Below are positions 39,883 to 49,540 of a DNA stretch of 64,000 bases, one piece after another (position 1 is the first letter of the stretch; the number at the start of each line of letters is the position of its first letter). The DNA comes from Alphaproteobacteria bacterium (lineage in GTDB: Bacteria > Pseudomonadota > Alphaproteobacteria > MPNO01): positions 2,880,001 to 2,944,000 of the forward strand of contig OZ219866.1 of NCBI GenBank assembly GCA_964291675.2, read 5' to 3'. The notes beneath the pieces were generated by a model, which did no database searches, was not told where the DNA came from, and saw only the letters and a program-made list of their open reading frames with translations. Position numbers and translations under genes: made by a program.

Positions 39883-41157
39883 ATGGAGTGGGTGATGGTC
39901 CTGATGCCGGTGGGTCTTCTGCTCCTCGGCTTTCCGATCTTCATCATCCTGGTCGCCACCTCGGCGGTCATCCTCCTGTTCTTCACGCAGGTGCCGCATA
40001 CCGCGGTCCACCAGGTGATGTTCGGCAGCGTCGACAAGTTCGCGCTGATGGCGGTTCCGTTCTTCATCTTCGCCGGCGAGCTGATGGGCATGGGCGGCAT
40101 CTCCCAGCGCATCATCGCCTGGGTGATGTCGGTGATCGGCGGGATGCGGGGCAGCCTGCCGCTGACCACGGTCGGCACGTGTACGATCTTCGGCGCGATC
40201 TCGGGGTCGAGCCCGGCCACCGTGGCCGCGGTCGGCCGGCTGATGTACCCGCCGCTGCGCGAGAAGGGCTACGACGAGAGATTCTCGACCGGCGTGCTGA
40301 CGTCTTCGGGCGCCATCGCCATCGTCATCCCGCCCTCGATCAGCATGATCCTCTACGGCGCCTCGGCCGAGCAGTCGGTGTCGCATCTGTTCATCGCCGG
40401 CGTCTTCCCGGGCCTGCTGATGTCGCTGATGATGGGCGGCTACATCTACTGGTACGCCGCCCGGCGCGACATCCGCGAGGGCCAGCCCTTCGAGTGGCGC
40501 GAGTTCCTGCGCGCCAGCAAGTCCGGCATCTGGGCGCTCGGCACCCCGGGGATCATCCTGGGCGGCATCTATGCCGGGGTGTTCTCGCCCACCGAGGCGG
40601 CGGGGATCGCCTGCGTCTACGCCATCCTGGTCACCAAGTTCATCTACGGCGACATCTCGTGGCGCGGCATCTGGGACGTCTCGATCAACTCCATGTACCT
40701 GACCGCCCAGGTCCTGATCATCGTCGCCGGCGCCGGCGTGTTCTCCTGGCTGCTCACCATCAGCGGAATCCCGCAAGCCGCGGTCGCCGCGATCCAGGCG
40801 CTCGACGTCCCGCCCTGGGTCATCCTGATGATCATCAACGTGTTCCTGCTGATCGTCGGCTGCCTGCTCGACCCGGGATCGGCGATCCTGGTGCTGACCC
40901 CGCTGCTCGCCCCGATCGCCGCGGCGCTCGGCGTCGATCTGGTGCATTTCGGCGTGATCATGACGGTGAACCTCGCCATCGGCATGTTCACCCCGCCCTT
41001 CGGGCTCAACATCTTCGTCGCCCAGGCGCTGTTCAAGGCGCCGCTCAAGAGCATCTATCCCGGGCTGGTGCCGTTCATCGTCATCAACGTCTTTGCGCTG
41101 GTGATCGTCACCTACGTGCCCGAGCTCTCGCTCTATCTGCTGAAGTTCCTGGGCTAG
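39883..41157 (+). CDS. TRAP transporter large permease (DctM)
   Basis: AVPFFIFAGELM, VIPPSI, SPTEAA and TPPFGLN. Confidence 0.93.
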   Translation: MEWVMVLMPVGLLLLGFPIFIILVATSAVILLFFTQVPHTAVHQVMFGSVDKFALMAVPFFIFAGELMGMGGISQRIIAWVMSVIGGMRGSLPLTTVGTCTIFGAISGSSPATVAAVGRLMYPPLREKGYDERFSTGVLTSSGAIAIVIPPSISMILYGASAEQSVSHLFIAGVFPGLLMSLMMGGYIYWYAARRDIREGQPFEWREFLRASKSGIWALGTPGIILGGIYAGVFSPTEAAGIACVYAILVTKFIYGDISWRGIWDVSINSMYLTAQVLIIVAGAGVFSWLLTISGIPQAAVAAIQALDVPPWVILMIINVFLLIVGCLLDPGSAILVLTPLLAPIAAALGVDLVHFGVIMTVNLAIGMFTPPFGLNIFVAQALFKAPLKSIYPGLVPFIVINVFALVIVTYVPELSLYLLKFLG

Positions 41158-41830
41158 CGCCGCTTCCGAAGGCGAGGTCGGGCCCGCCGGAGGCGACGAC
41201 GACGCGGAGCGCGGCAAGCGCGCGGCGGTAATCCGTTGCAAGCCGGGCGAGCGCCGCCCAGTCGCCGGGACGCCGGCAGAGCTCGATGACCGCCCGGGCG
41301 CGGCCGACGCCCAATGCGGTGAGCGCCGACGCGGGCAGGCTGCGCCCGGCCGGGTCGGCGATGGCGCGCACGGCCAGCACCGGCAGCCCCACTTCCGCCG
41401 CCGCGAGCCCGACTTCGTGGCTCTCCATGTCGACCGCGGCGGCGCCCGAGGATCGGGCGAGCGCCGCCCTGGCGGCGGCGTCGGCGACCGGCTCGGGGGT
41501 TCCGGCGATCGGCGCGCGGGTGATGCGAAGCGCGGGCTCCAGCCGGGCGGCGAGCCGGCCCGCCCATTCCCCGTCGACCCCGATCGCGGCGCCGCCGGGG
41601 GCGACGATTTCGGTCGCGATCACCACCGTCCCCGGAAGCAGCCCGGGATCGAGCCCGCCCGCCACGCCGAAGCTGGCCAGCGCAGCCGCGCCCGAGCCGG
41701 CCAGCGCCTCGGCGTGCGACCGCGCCCGCTCCGGGGAGCCGTCGGCGCACAGGATCGCGGCGGCCGCGCCGCGCGCGGCGCGGGCTTCCCCCGGGAGGCC
41801 GGTGACGATCCCGAGCCGCCCGGCGTTCAC
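41108..41830 (-). CDS. hpnG: Hopanoid-associated phosphorylase HpnG
   Basis: GIVTGL…EA, SFGVAGGLDP, AVDMES and VRAIADP; GTG start overlaps the shc stop. Confidence 0.8.
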   Translation of the reverse strand: MNAGRLGIVTGLPGEARAARGAAAAILCADGSPERARSHAEALAGSGAAALASFGVAGGLDPGLLPGTVVIATEIVAPGGAAIGVDGEWAGRLAARLEPALRITRAPIAGTPEPVADAAARAALARSSGAAAVDMESHEVGLAAAEVGLPVLAVRAIADPAGRSLPASALTALGVGRARAVIELCRRPGDWAALARLATDYRRALAALRVVVASGGPDLAFGSGASPGTSADRARARARR

Positions 41831-43728
41831 AACCCGAAGGGCGAGGTCCTGGCGTTGCCGCGGCAGAGCCGCCGGTAGCGCGCCAGCGCGAGGACCGGGA
41901 AATAGGCGCTGTAGCCGTGATACTTGAGATAGAACACGCGGGGAAACCCGACCGCGTTGTAATGGTCTTCCCGCCAGACCCCGTCCTCGCGCGGTGCGTC
42001 GAGCAGGAATTCGACGCCGCGCCGCGCCGCCCCGCCGCCGGCCTCGCCGGCCGCCATCAGGGCGAGCACCGCCCAGGCGGTCTGGGTCGGCGTCGAGACC
42101 TTGGCCTCGCCGCGCCGGTCGCTCCAATAGGTCGCGCCGTCCTCGCCCCAGCCGCCATCGGCGCGCTGCCGCGCTTCCAGCCAGCGCACCGCGCGCCGGA
42201 TATGGGGCGCGGCCGGATCCTCGCCGAGCGCGTTGAACGCGCTCAGGGCGCACCAGGTGCCGTAGACGTAGTTCATGCCCCAGCGCCCGTACCACGAGCC
42301 GTCCTCCTCCTGCTCGCGGAGCAGGAATTCGATGCCGCGCGCGACGCTCGCCTCGTCGCGCGCATGGCCGAGCTGGGCGAGCATGCCGACGCAGCGCGCG
42401 GTGACGTCCGCTGTCGGCGGGTCGAGCAGCGCGCCGTGATCGGCGAAGGGGATGCTGTCGAGATAGTGCTTGTTGTTGTCGACGTCGAAAGACCCCCAGC
42501 CGCCGTTGGAGCTCTGCATGCCGAGGATCCATTCCGCCCCGCGCTCCACCGCGCCGTTGGCGCCGGTCGACAGCGCGCGGTCGATCGCCATCACGACGAC
42601 CGCGGTGTCGTCGGTGTCGGGGTAGTGCTCGTTGCGGTACTCGAAGGCCCAGCCGCCGGGGACGAGTCCGGGACGGTTGCGGGCCCAGTCTCCCCGGACG
42701 TCGGTGATCTGCTCGCCGACCAGCCAGCCGGAGGCGCGCTTCGCGGCTTCCCGGTTGTCCTCGCCACCGGTCTCCATCAGGGCGTGCGCCGCGAGCGCGG
42801 TATCCCAGACCGGCGACAGGCAGGGCTGGCACAGCGTCTCTCCCCGCGTCGCCGCCAGGAGCTTCCTGATCGCGTTCAGGGAATCCCGGTAGCGCGGATC
42901 GTCTCTCGCGTAGCCCAGCGCGTGAAAGGTCATGACCGTGTTGGCCATCGCCGGGAAGATGCCGCCGATCCCGTGATCCCCGTTGAGCCGCTCGCCGATG
43001 AAGTCGAGCGCCCGCGACAATGCGCGGCGCCTGAGCGCGGACGGGCTGAAGGGCCGGAGCAGCCGCAGCGCGCGGTCGGCCGCGAGGAAGACGTTGTCGA
43101 GCACGGCTCCGGTGGGTCGCACCAGATGAGGGCAGCGCCGCCAGGGGTCTTCGTCGAACAGCTCCGCGATATCCGCATTGCCCGGGTTGGCCGCCCTCGG
43201 CCGGCGGTCGAGCAGCACCAGCAGTGGCACGATCACCGTGCGCGACCAGTAGGACACCTTGTCGAGGTGGATCGGAAACCAGCGTGGCAGCAGCATGATT
43301 TCGAGCGGCATGACCGGCACCGCTCGCCACGGAAGCTGGCCGAACAGGGCCAGCGTGATCCGCGTGAACACGTTGCATTGCGCCGCGCCGCCGCGCGCCA
43401 GGATGGCGTCGCGCGCCCGGCGCATATGCGGAGCCTCCGGGTCGTCGCCCACGCATTTGAGGGCGAAATAGGCCTTGACCGACGCGCTGACATCGGTGTC
43501 GCCCTCGTGGAACAGAGGCCAGCCGCCGTCCTCTCCCTGGCGGCGGCGGATGTAGTCCGCGAGCCGGGCCTCCAGCGGGGCGTCGATGTCGTCGATGAAA
43601 TGCTCAAGCAGGATGTATTCGGCCGGGATCGTCACATCGGCCTCGAGCGGGAAGACCCAGTGGCCGTCCGCCGTCTGTCTATCGCGGAGCGCTGCGCCGG
43701 CGGCTTCGATGACGCGGTCGAGCCGCAT
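41827..43728 (-). CDS. shc: Squalene-hopene cyclase
   Basis: YPDTDDTA (DxDD), QW repeats (QGEDGGW, QEEDGSW), SPVWDT; alternative GTG start at 43821. Confidence 0.96.
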   Translation of the reverse strand: MRLDRVIEAAGAALRDRQTADGHWVFPLEADVTIPAEYILLEHFIDDIDAPLEARLADYIRRRQGEDGGWPLFHEGDTDVSASVKAYFALKCVGDDPEAPHMRRARDAILARGGAAQCNVFTRITLALFGQLPWRAVPVMPLEIMLLPRWFPIHLDKVSYWSRTVIVPLLVLLDRRPRAANPGNADIAELFDEDPWRRCPHLVRPTGAVLDNVFLAADRALRLLRPFSPSALRRRALSRALDFIGERLNGDHGIGGIFPAMANTVMTFHALGYARDDPRYRDSLNAIRKLLAATRGETLCQPCLSPVWDTALAAHALMETGGEDNREAAKRASGWLVGEQITDVRGDWARNRPGLVPGGWAFEYRNEHYPDTDDTAVVVMAIDRALSTGANGAVERGAEWILGMQSSNGGWGSFDVDNNKHYLDSIPFADHGALLDPPTADVTARCVGMLAQLGHARDEASVARGIEFLLREQEEDGSWYGRWGMNYVYGTWCALSAFNALGEDPAAPHIRRAVRWLEARQRADGGWGEDGATYWSDRRGEAKVSTPTQTAWAVLALMAAGEAGGGAARRGVEFLLDAPREDGVWREDHYNAVGFPRVFYLKYHGYSAYFPVLALARYRRLCRGNARTSPFGL

Positions 43729-43922
43729 GTCCAGCCCCTCCGCCGGGTCCGGTGCGGGCCGGGCGAGGGGCACGCATGATGGGGTCTCGACGGCGACGCG
43801 TTCCCATGTGGAACCTTCCACCGAGTTCCCTCCGATTGACGCCAACTCGCGGAACCGGTGACACAACCGGCCCGTTCGCAGACTAGTTGCGGCGCCCCGG
43901 TTTGTCCACGATCGCCCGAGTC

Positions 43923-44768
43923 TCAGGCGAACACGAAGTGGCGCAGCGCGATCAGGAGCTTTTCCGGCTTCGATATGCGGACCGGGACTTCGAGGCGGGT
44001 CCAGCCGCGCCGCTCCAGCGCCGCCAGCAGGCGCCGGTAGTGCGTCATCATCGCCACCCCGGGCCGCAGCGCGCGGCGGTCGCAGCCCGCCAGCGCGGAT
44101 TGCGCCTCGTCGAATTTTTGCTTGGCGATCTGCGCCAGCGCCGCGCAGACCTTCGGCAGCGCGGCGTGGCGCAGCACCTCGCGCGGCGCCGCGACCTCGA
44201 TTCCCGCCTCGTCCAGCAATTCGCGCGGCAGATAGAGCCGGCCGCGCTCGGCGTCCTCCACCATGTCGCGCAGGATATTGGTGAGCTGCAACGCCGTGCC
44301 GAGCGCCAGCGCGAACGCCTGGGCGCGCGGTCCGCCGTCCCCGAAGGCGCGGATCGACAGGAGCCCCACCGCGCCCGCCACCCGGTGGCAGTAGAGCTCC
44401 AGCTCCTCCAGGCGCGGCGCCTTCAGCCCGTCGCCCAGATCCATCTTCATGCCGTCGATCACCGCCAGAAAATCCTCGCGGCGCAGCCCGAAGCGGCGGC
44501 TCGGCTCGATCAGGGCGCGCGCGGTGAGATTTTCCGGCGTGCCGGCGTAGATCGCGTCGATCTCGTCGCGCCAGAGGTCGAGCCGGCGGCCCTTGTCGTC
44601 CGGCGACCCGGCATCGTCGGCGATGTCGTCGACCTCGCGGCAGAACGCGTAGATCGCGAACATCGCCTCGCGGCGGGCCGCCGGCAGCAGCCGCATCGCC
44701 CAGTAGAACGACGTGCCGGAGGCGACGGTCACGGCGCGGACATGCGCCTTCGCCTCGTCGTCCGCCAT
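43923..44768 (-). CDS. hpnD: Presqualene diphosphate synthase HpnD
   Basis: SGTSFYWAM, YAFCREVDDIAD and LQLTNILRD…EDAERGRLYLP. Confidence 0.9.
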   Translation of the reverse strand: MADDEAKAHVRAVTVASGTSFYWAMRLLPAARREAMFAIYAFCREVDDIADDAGSPDDKGRRLDLWRDEIDAIYAGTPENLTARALIEPSRRFGLRREDFLAVIDGMKMDLGDGLKAPRLEELELYCHRVAGAVGLLSIRAFGDGGPRAQAFALALGTALQLTNILRDMVEDAERGRLYLPRELLDEAGIEVAAPREVLRHAALPKVCAALAQIAKQKFDEAQSALAGCDRRALRPGVAMMTHYRRLLAALERRGWTRLEVPVRISKPEKLLIALRHFVFA

Positions 44769-45027
44769 GGACCCTCGCTCGGTTGCGGTCCACATAGAGC
44801 ACAACTATCGCGGCGCCGGGCGGCGCGCAATCGCTTAGCCCGCCAAGGCGGACTCCCCGGCGAAGATGCGAAGCCCGATATGCCGCCCGCGACGGCGGTA
44901 CACGCAACTGTGATTCGTGCCCGGGATTTTTCGCTTTTCATTGGCGGCGAGAGGGCGTAGAGGCCGCTCCTTCCCGCATCTGCCCGCGCGGCGAATTCGC
45001 CGGCGGGTCCGGCCGATCGGCAAAGCC

Positions 45028-45921
45028 ATGAGTCTCGATCTTCGTTCCGCCGAGTACCCGCTACATCCGCAACCGCTCTTGCAGCGCCTGCTGACCGATG
45101 TGTCGACGGAAACCCTGCCGGATGCCGGCCAGGTCGACAGGGTGTGCGCGCATGTGCCGGCGGGCGCGCGGGTCTTCGTCACCGCGCTGCCGTCGCGCGA
45201 CCGGGCCGACACGGTGGCCGCCGCGAAGACGCTGAATGCGCGGGGCTATGTTGCCGTCCCGCATATCGCGGCGCGGGACCTGCCGAGCCACGCCGCGCTC
45301 GAGGATTTCCTCTGCCGGCTGACCGGCGAGGCCGGCTGCCGGGAGGCTCTGGTGATCGCCGGCGACCGGCCGGAAATTGCCGGGCCGTATGCCGGGAGCA
45401 TGGACGTGCTGCTGACCGGCGCCCTGGAACGGCACGGCCTGCGCAGGATCCATGTCGGCGCCCATCCCGAGGGCAACCGCCTCATCGGCGCGGAGGCGTT
45501 GCGCGAGGCGATGCTCGGGAAGGACCGTTACGCCCGCTTCAGCGACGCCGATTTCGATTTCGTGACCCAGTTCGTGTTCGACGGCGCGACGGTCGTCGAT
45601 TGGGCGCGAAGCCTGCGCGGCCTGGGCATCGGCCTTCCGGTGCGCCTCGGCATTGCCGGCCCCGCCGACCTGGCGACCCTCCTGCGCTATGCGAAAATCT
45701 GCGGCGTCGGCGTCTCGGCCCGCGCCCTGATGCGCCAGGGCGCCGGCAGCGTGAAGCTGATCCGCCGCACCGTGAAGCCGGACGGGCTGATCGCCGGCCT
45801 GGTCGCCGCGGCGGGGAACGATCCGTTGCCCGAAATCGTCGGCCTGCACATCTTCCCTTTCGGCGGCGTCGGGCGCGCGACGGCGTGGCTGGCGGAGGCC
45901 CGCAAGGCGGCGGGCCTGTAA
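45028..45921 (+). CDS. Methylenetetrahydrofolate reductase-like flavoprotein
   Basis: VPHIAAR, LVIAGD, AHPEG, VTQFVFD and LHIFPFGG. Confidence 0.8.
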   Translation: MSLDLRSAEYPLHPQPLLQRLLTDVSTETLPDAGQVDRVCAHVPAGARVFVTALPSRDRADTVAAAKTLNARGYVAVPHIAARDLPSHAALEDFLCRLTGEAGCREALVIAGDRPEIAGPYAGSMDVLLTGALERHGLRRIHVGAHPEGNRLIGAEALREAMLGKDRYARFSDADFDFVTQFVFDGATVVDWARSLRGLGIGLPVRLGIAGPADLATLLRYAKICGVGVSARALMRQGAGSVKLIRRTVKPDGLIAGLVAAAGNDPLPEIVGLHIFPFGGVGRATAWLAEARKAAGL

Positions 45922-46093
45922 ACCGCCCGGTTCCGGAAAGGACCGCCGCGGCGCGTGGGCGGGAGACCGGCACGACACAAACCCCGATGCGTCGCCGAGG
46001 CGGCGTCCGGCATTGACCGGATTTCCCGCACGTCCTACCGTGAATCCGGGAAACAGCGTCCGCTACCGGTCGTATTGTCGGAGGGGTCCGACC

Positions 46094-46327
46094 TTGCCCT
46101 TGCCTTTCGAGGAGCCCGGAAATATCCGGCACCAGACCCAGGTCGACGCGCCGCCGAGCGCGTTCGCCGAGGCCCTCGCAGACCGTCTGGAGGAGATCTT
46201 CGGCCGCGGCATCCACGATCTCGACGGGATCGTCGATGCGCTGAACGCCGACGGTCCCGCCCCCGAGGGCGCGGAGCGGTGGACCGCGGAAGTCTTCGAG
46301 GCGGCGATGATGCGCCTCGGCCCCTGA
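46094..46327 (+). CDS. Small recombinase-like HTH domain protein heading the Rieske operon
   Basis: LADRLEEIFGRGIHDLDGIVDALN…WTAEVF; TTG start after a GAGGGG RBS. Confidence 0.7.
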   Translation: MPLPFEEPGNIRHQTQVDAPPSAFAEALADRLEEIFGRGIHDLDGIVDALNADGPAPEGAERWTAEVFEAAMMRLGP

Positions 46328-46336
46328 CGGAGCAGG

Positions 46337-47395
46337 ATGGAGACGGAGATGTCCGCACACGAGAGCGCCGCCGATGTCGAATCCCTGACCGATCTCGGGG
46401 TGCGCAACCGCTGGTACCCGATCGCCGCCGGCTGGATGATCCGCGACAAGCCGGTCGCGCTGACGCGTCTCGGCGAGCGGATCGTCGTCTGGCGCGACGC
46501 GGAAGGCGGGGTCCGGGTGCTCGCCGACCGCTGCCCGCATCGCGGCGCCGAGCTCTCCAAGGGCTGGAATCTCGGCGACCGGCTGGCCTGCTGGTATCAC
46601 GGGCTGGAGGTCGACGGCACCGGCACGGTGGTCGCCATGCCGGCGATCGGCGACTGCCCGCTGGTCGGCACGCGGGCGGTCAGGGCCTATCCGGCGTTCG
46701 AGCACATGGGCGGCATCTTCGCCTATTTCGGCGATGCGCTGCATCCCGAGCCGGTGCCCTTCGAGTACCCCGAGGAGCTGCGCTCGGAGGAGTGGAGCGC
46801 GATCCTCTGCACCTCGCACTGGCGCTGCAACTACCGCTACGCCATCGACAACGTGATGGACCCGATGCACGGCGCCTATCTGCACGCCGAATCGCATTCC
46901 ATGGGGCGCGGCGACAAGGATGCGAGGATGCGCACCCGCGACACCGAGCACGGGCTGGTGTTCGAGAAGACCAACCAGCGCGGGGTCAATTTCGACTGGG
47001 TCGAGTTCGCCGACACCGGCGCCCACTGGATGCGGCTCTCCATCCCCTATCAGCGCAACGCCGGTCCCGGCGGCGCGTTCGGCATCGTCGGCTTCGTCAC
47101 CCCGATCGACCGCGAGAACTGCCGCGTCTTCTTCTGGCGCACCCGGAAGGTGACGGGCTGGGAGCGGTCGGTCTGGCGGTTCATGTACAAGCACAAGCTG
47201 GAAACCCTCCACTGGGACGTGCTGGAGCAGGACCGCATCCTGCTGGAAGGCATGCCGAACGACGCGCGCGACCGCGAGTTCCTCTACCAGCACGACACCG
47301 GGCTCGCGCGCATCCGGCGGCTGATCGAGGACGAGGCCGGACGCCAGGCCGCGGCGCTCCGCGCGGGCGAAGCGCCCGCCGCGGCGGCCGAGTAG
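46337..47395 (+). CDS. Rieske oxygenase (VanA/KshA-like, alpha-only)
   Basis: DRCPHRG…CWYHG; DNVMDPMHGAYLH; QDR. Confidence 0.92.
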   Translation: METEMSAHESAADVESLTDLGVRNRWYPIAAGWMIRDKPVALTRLGERIVVWRDAEGGVRVLADRCPHRGAELSKGWNLGDRLACWYHGLEVDGTGTVVAMPAIGDCPLVGTRAVRAYPAFEHMGGIFAYFGDALHPEPVPFEYPEELRSEEWSAILCTSHWRCNYRYAIDNVMDPMHGAYLHAESHSMGRGDKDARMRTRDTEHGLVFEKTNQRGVNFDWVEFADTGAHWMRLSIPYQRNAGPGGAFGIVGFVTPIDRENCRVFFWRTRKVTGWERSVWRFMYKHKLETLHWDVLEQDRILLEGMPNDARDREFLYQHDTGLARIRRLIEDEAGRQAAALRAGEAPAAAAE

Positions 47396-47407
47396 GAGGA
47401 CCCGACC

Positions 47408-47896
47408 ATGCGCAGCCTCGCCGACTGGATGGAGACCCGGATCGCGCGTTACCGGACCCGGCGCTACGACTGGGACGCGCTCAAGTTCCAGGCCGATTTC
47501 GACCCCAAATACCGGCGCGCGCAGATGCGCTATCTCGGCACCGGCGGGACCGGGGTGACGGACGACTCGAACGCCGTGCCGTCCGAGCATTTCACCTTCT
47601 CGACCATGGTGCTGCCGCCCGGCTGCGAGGGTCCGCCGCACGTCCATGACGACGTGGAGGAGGTGTTCTTCATGCTGCGCGGGCGGATCCGTCTCACCCT
47701 GGAGAGCGACGGCGAGAGCTTCGAGACCGAGCTCGGCGAGCGCGACCTGATCTCGGTGCCGCCCGGGGTCTATCGCGGGCTGGTCAACGAGGGCGAGGAG
47801 GAGGCGCTGATGTGCGTGATGCTGGGCGCATCCCGGCCGCGCATCCCGACCTACCCGCCCGACCATCCCCTCGCCAAGATCAAGCGCAAGGCGTGA
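47408..47896 (+). CDS. Cupin domain protein
   Basis: PPHVHDDVEEVFF…ISVPPGVYR. Confidence 0.88.
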   Translation: MRSLADWMETRIARYRTRRYDWDALKFQADFDPKYRRAQMRYLGTGGTGVTDDSNAVPSEHFTFSTMVLPPGCEGPPHVHDDVEEVFFMLRGRIRLTLESDGESFETELGERDLISVPPGVYRGLVNEGEEEALMCVMLGASRPRIPTYPPDHPLAKIKRKA

Positions 47897-48702
47897 GCCT
47901 TCCGCCGCTCGAAACCGTCCGGGCGAACGGTCGCGCGATCGCCTGCCGCGCGGCCGGCGACGGGCCGGCTCTTGTCCTGCTGCACGGAATCGGCTCGGGC
48001 TCGGCCTCCTGGGCGCCCCAGCTCGACGCGCTGGCCGACCGCTTCCGCATCGTCGCCTGGGACGCGCCGGGCTATGGCGGCTCGGACCCGCTGCCCGGGG
48101 ACGCCCCGCCGTGCGCCGCCTATGCCGACGCCGTGGGCGACCTGCTCGACGGGCTCGGGCTCGCGCGGGTCCATCTGCTCGGCCATTCGCTCGGCGGGCT
48201 GATCGCGGCGTGTTTCGCCGCCCGGCACCCCGGGCGGCTCGGGAGCGTCACCCTGTCCGACGCCGCTGCGGGCTATCGGAACGCGTCCGAGGAGATCCGC
48301 GTCGGCCGGCTGGAGGCGCGGATCGAGGCGATGACGGCGCTCGGCCCGGCGGAGGTCGCCAGGCGGCGCGCCCGCGAGGTGCTGTCGCCCGGCGCGCCCG
48401 ACGAGGTCTACGAGAAGGTCTACGCGGTGCAGAGCCGGGTGCGGCCCGAAGGCTACGCCCAGGCCGCCCGCATGCTGCACGGCTCGGACATCTTCGCCGA
48501 CGCCGCGGCGATCCGGGTGCCGGCGCTGGTGATGTATGGCAGCGAGGACAGCGTAACCCCCGAGGCGATCGGCCGCGACATCGCCGCCGCCATTCCCGGC
48601 GCGCGCTACGTCACGCTGCCCGGGCTCGGCCATGCGAGCTATGTCGAGGGGCCGGGGACGTTCAACGCCGCGCTCACCCGGTTCCTGGACGGCCTGGAAT
48701 GA
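47893..48702 (+). CDS. Alpha/beta hydrolase
   Basis: LHGIGS, WDAPGYG, GHSLG and GH; GTGA overlap with the cupin gene. Confidence 0.9.
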   Translation: MSLPPLETVRANGRAIACRAAGDGPALVLLHGIGSGSASWAPQLDALADRFRIVAWDAPGYGGSDPLPGDAPPCAAYADAVGDLLDGLGLARVHLLGHSLGGLIAACFAARHPGRLGSVTLSDAAAGYRNASEEIRVGRLEARIEAMTALGPAEVARRRAREVLSPGAPDEVYEKVYAVQSRVRPEGYAQAARMLHGSDIFADAAAIRVPALVMYGSEDSVTPEAIGRDIAAAIPGARYVTLPGLGHASYVEGPGTFNAALTRFLDGLE

Positions 48703-48745
48703 GCGGCGGACGCCTGCCGTCCCCGCAAGCGGCGGAATAGCGGCG

Positions 48746-49540
48746 GTGGACCTGAAACTGTCCGGCAAGGTGGCGGTGGTCACCGGGGGCTCGTCGGGGA
48801 TCGGCCTCGCCTGCGCGCGGATGTTCCTCGAAGAGGGCGCGAGCGTCGCCATCTGCGGCCGGTCGGCGGAACGGCTGTCCGGGGCCGAGCGGCAGCTTGC
48901 CGGCGCGCATGGCGCGGACCGCGTGCTGGCGGCGGCCTGCGACGTGCTCGACCCCGGCCGGGTGGCGGAATTCCGCGACCGCGTGGCGGAGCGCTTCGGC
49001 CGCGCCGACATCCTGATCGCCAATGCCGGCCAGGCGCGGCGCGGCGGGATCGCCGACCTCGCCGACGACGAATGGCGCGCCGAGCTCGACCTGAAGTTCT
49101 TCTCCGTGCTGCACCCCGTGCGCGCCTTCCTGAAGCTGCTCGAAGACGCCGCGCCGTCGGCCATCGTCTGCACCAACGCCCTGCTCGCGAGGCGCCCCGA
49201 GCCGTGGCTTGCCGCCACCGCCGCCGCGCGCGCGGGCGCGCTCAACCTCGCCAAGACGATGAGCCGGGACTTCGCACCCAAGGGGATCCGCGTCAACTCC
49301 ATCCTGATCGGGCTGGTCGATTCGGGACAGTGGAACCGCCGCCATGAACAGGGCGAGGGCGGCGGCAAGAGCAAGCAGGCGTGGTTCGCCGAGCTCGCCC
49401 ATGAGCGGGGGATCCCGCTTGGGCGCATCGGCGAGGCCGACGAGGCGGCCCGCGTCATGGTCTTCCTCGCCTCGCCGGCGGCGAGCTACCTGACCGGGGA
49501 GACCGTCGAGGTCGCGGGCGGGCAGGGGCACCATGTCTGA
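48746..49540 (+). CDS. SDR family oxidoreductase (atypical catalytic motif)
   Basis: TGGSSGIG and NAG present; ATAAAR in place of YxxxK. Confidence 0.88.
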   Translation: MDLKLSGKVAVVTGGSSGIGLACARMFLEEGASVAICGRSAERLSGAERQLAGAHGADRVLAAACDVLDPGRVAEFRDRVAERFGRADILIANAGQARRGGIADLADDEWRAELDLKFFSVLHPVRAFLKLLEDAAPSAIVCTNALLARRPEPWLAATAAARAGALNLAKTMSRDFAPKGIRVNSILIGLVDSGQWNRRHEQGEGGGKSKQAWFAELAHERGIPLGRIGEADEAARVMVFLASPAASYLTGETVEVAGGQGHHV

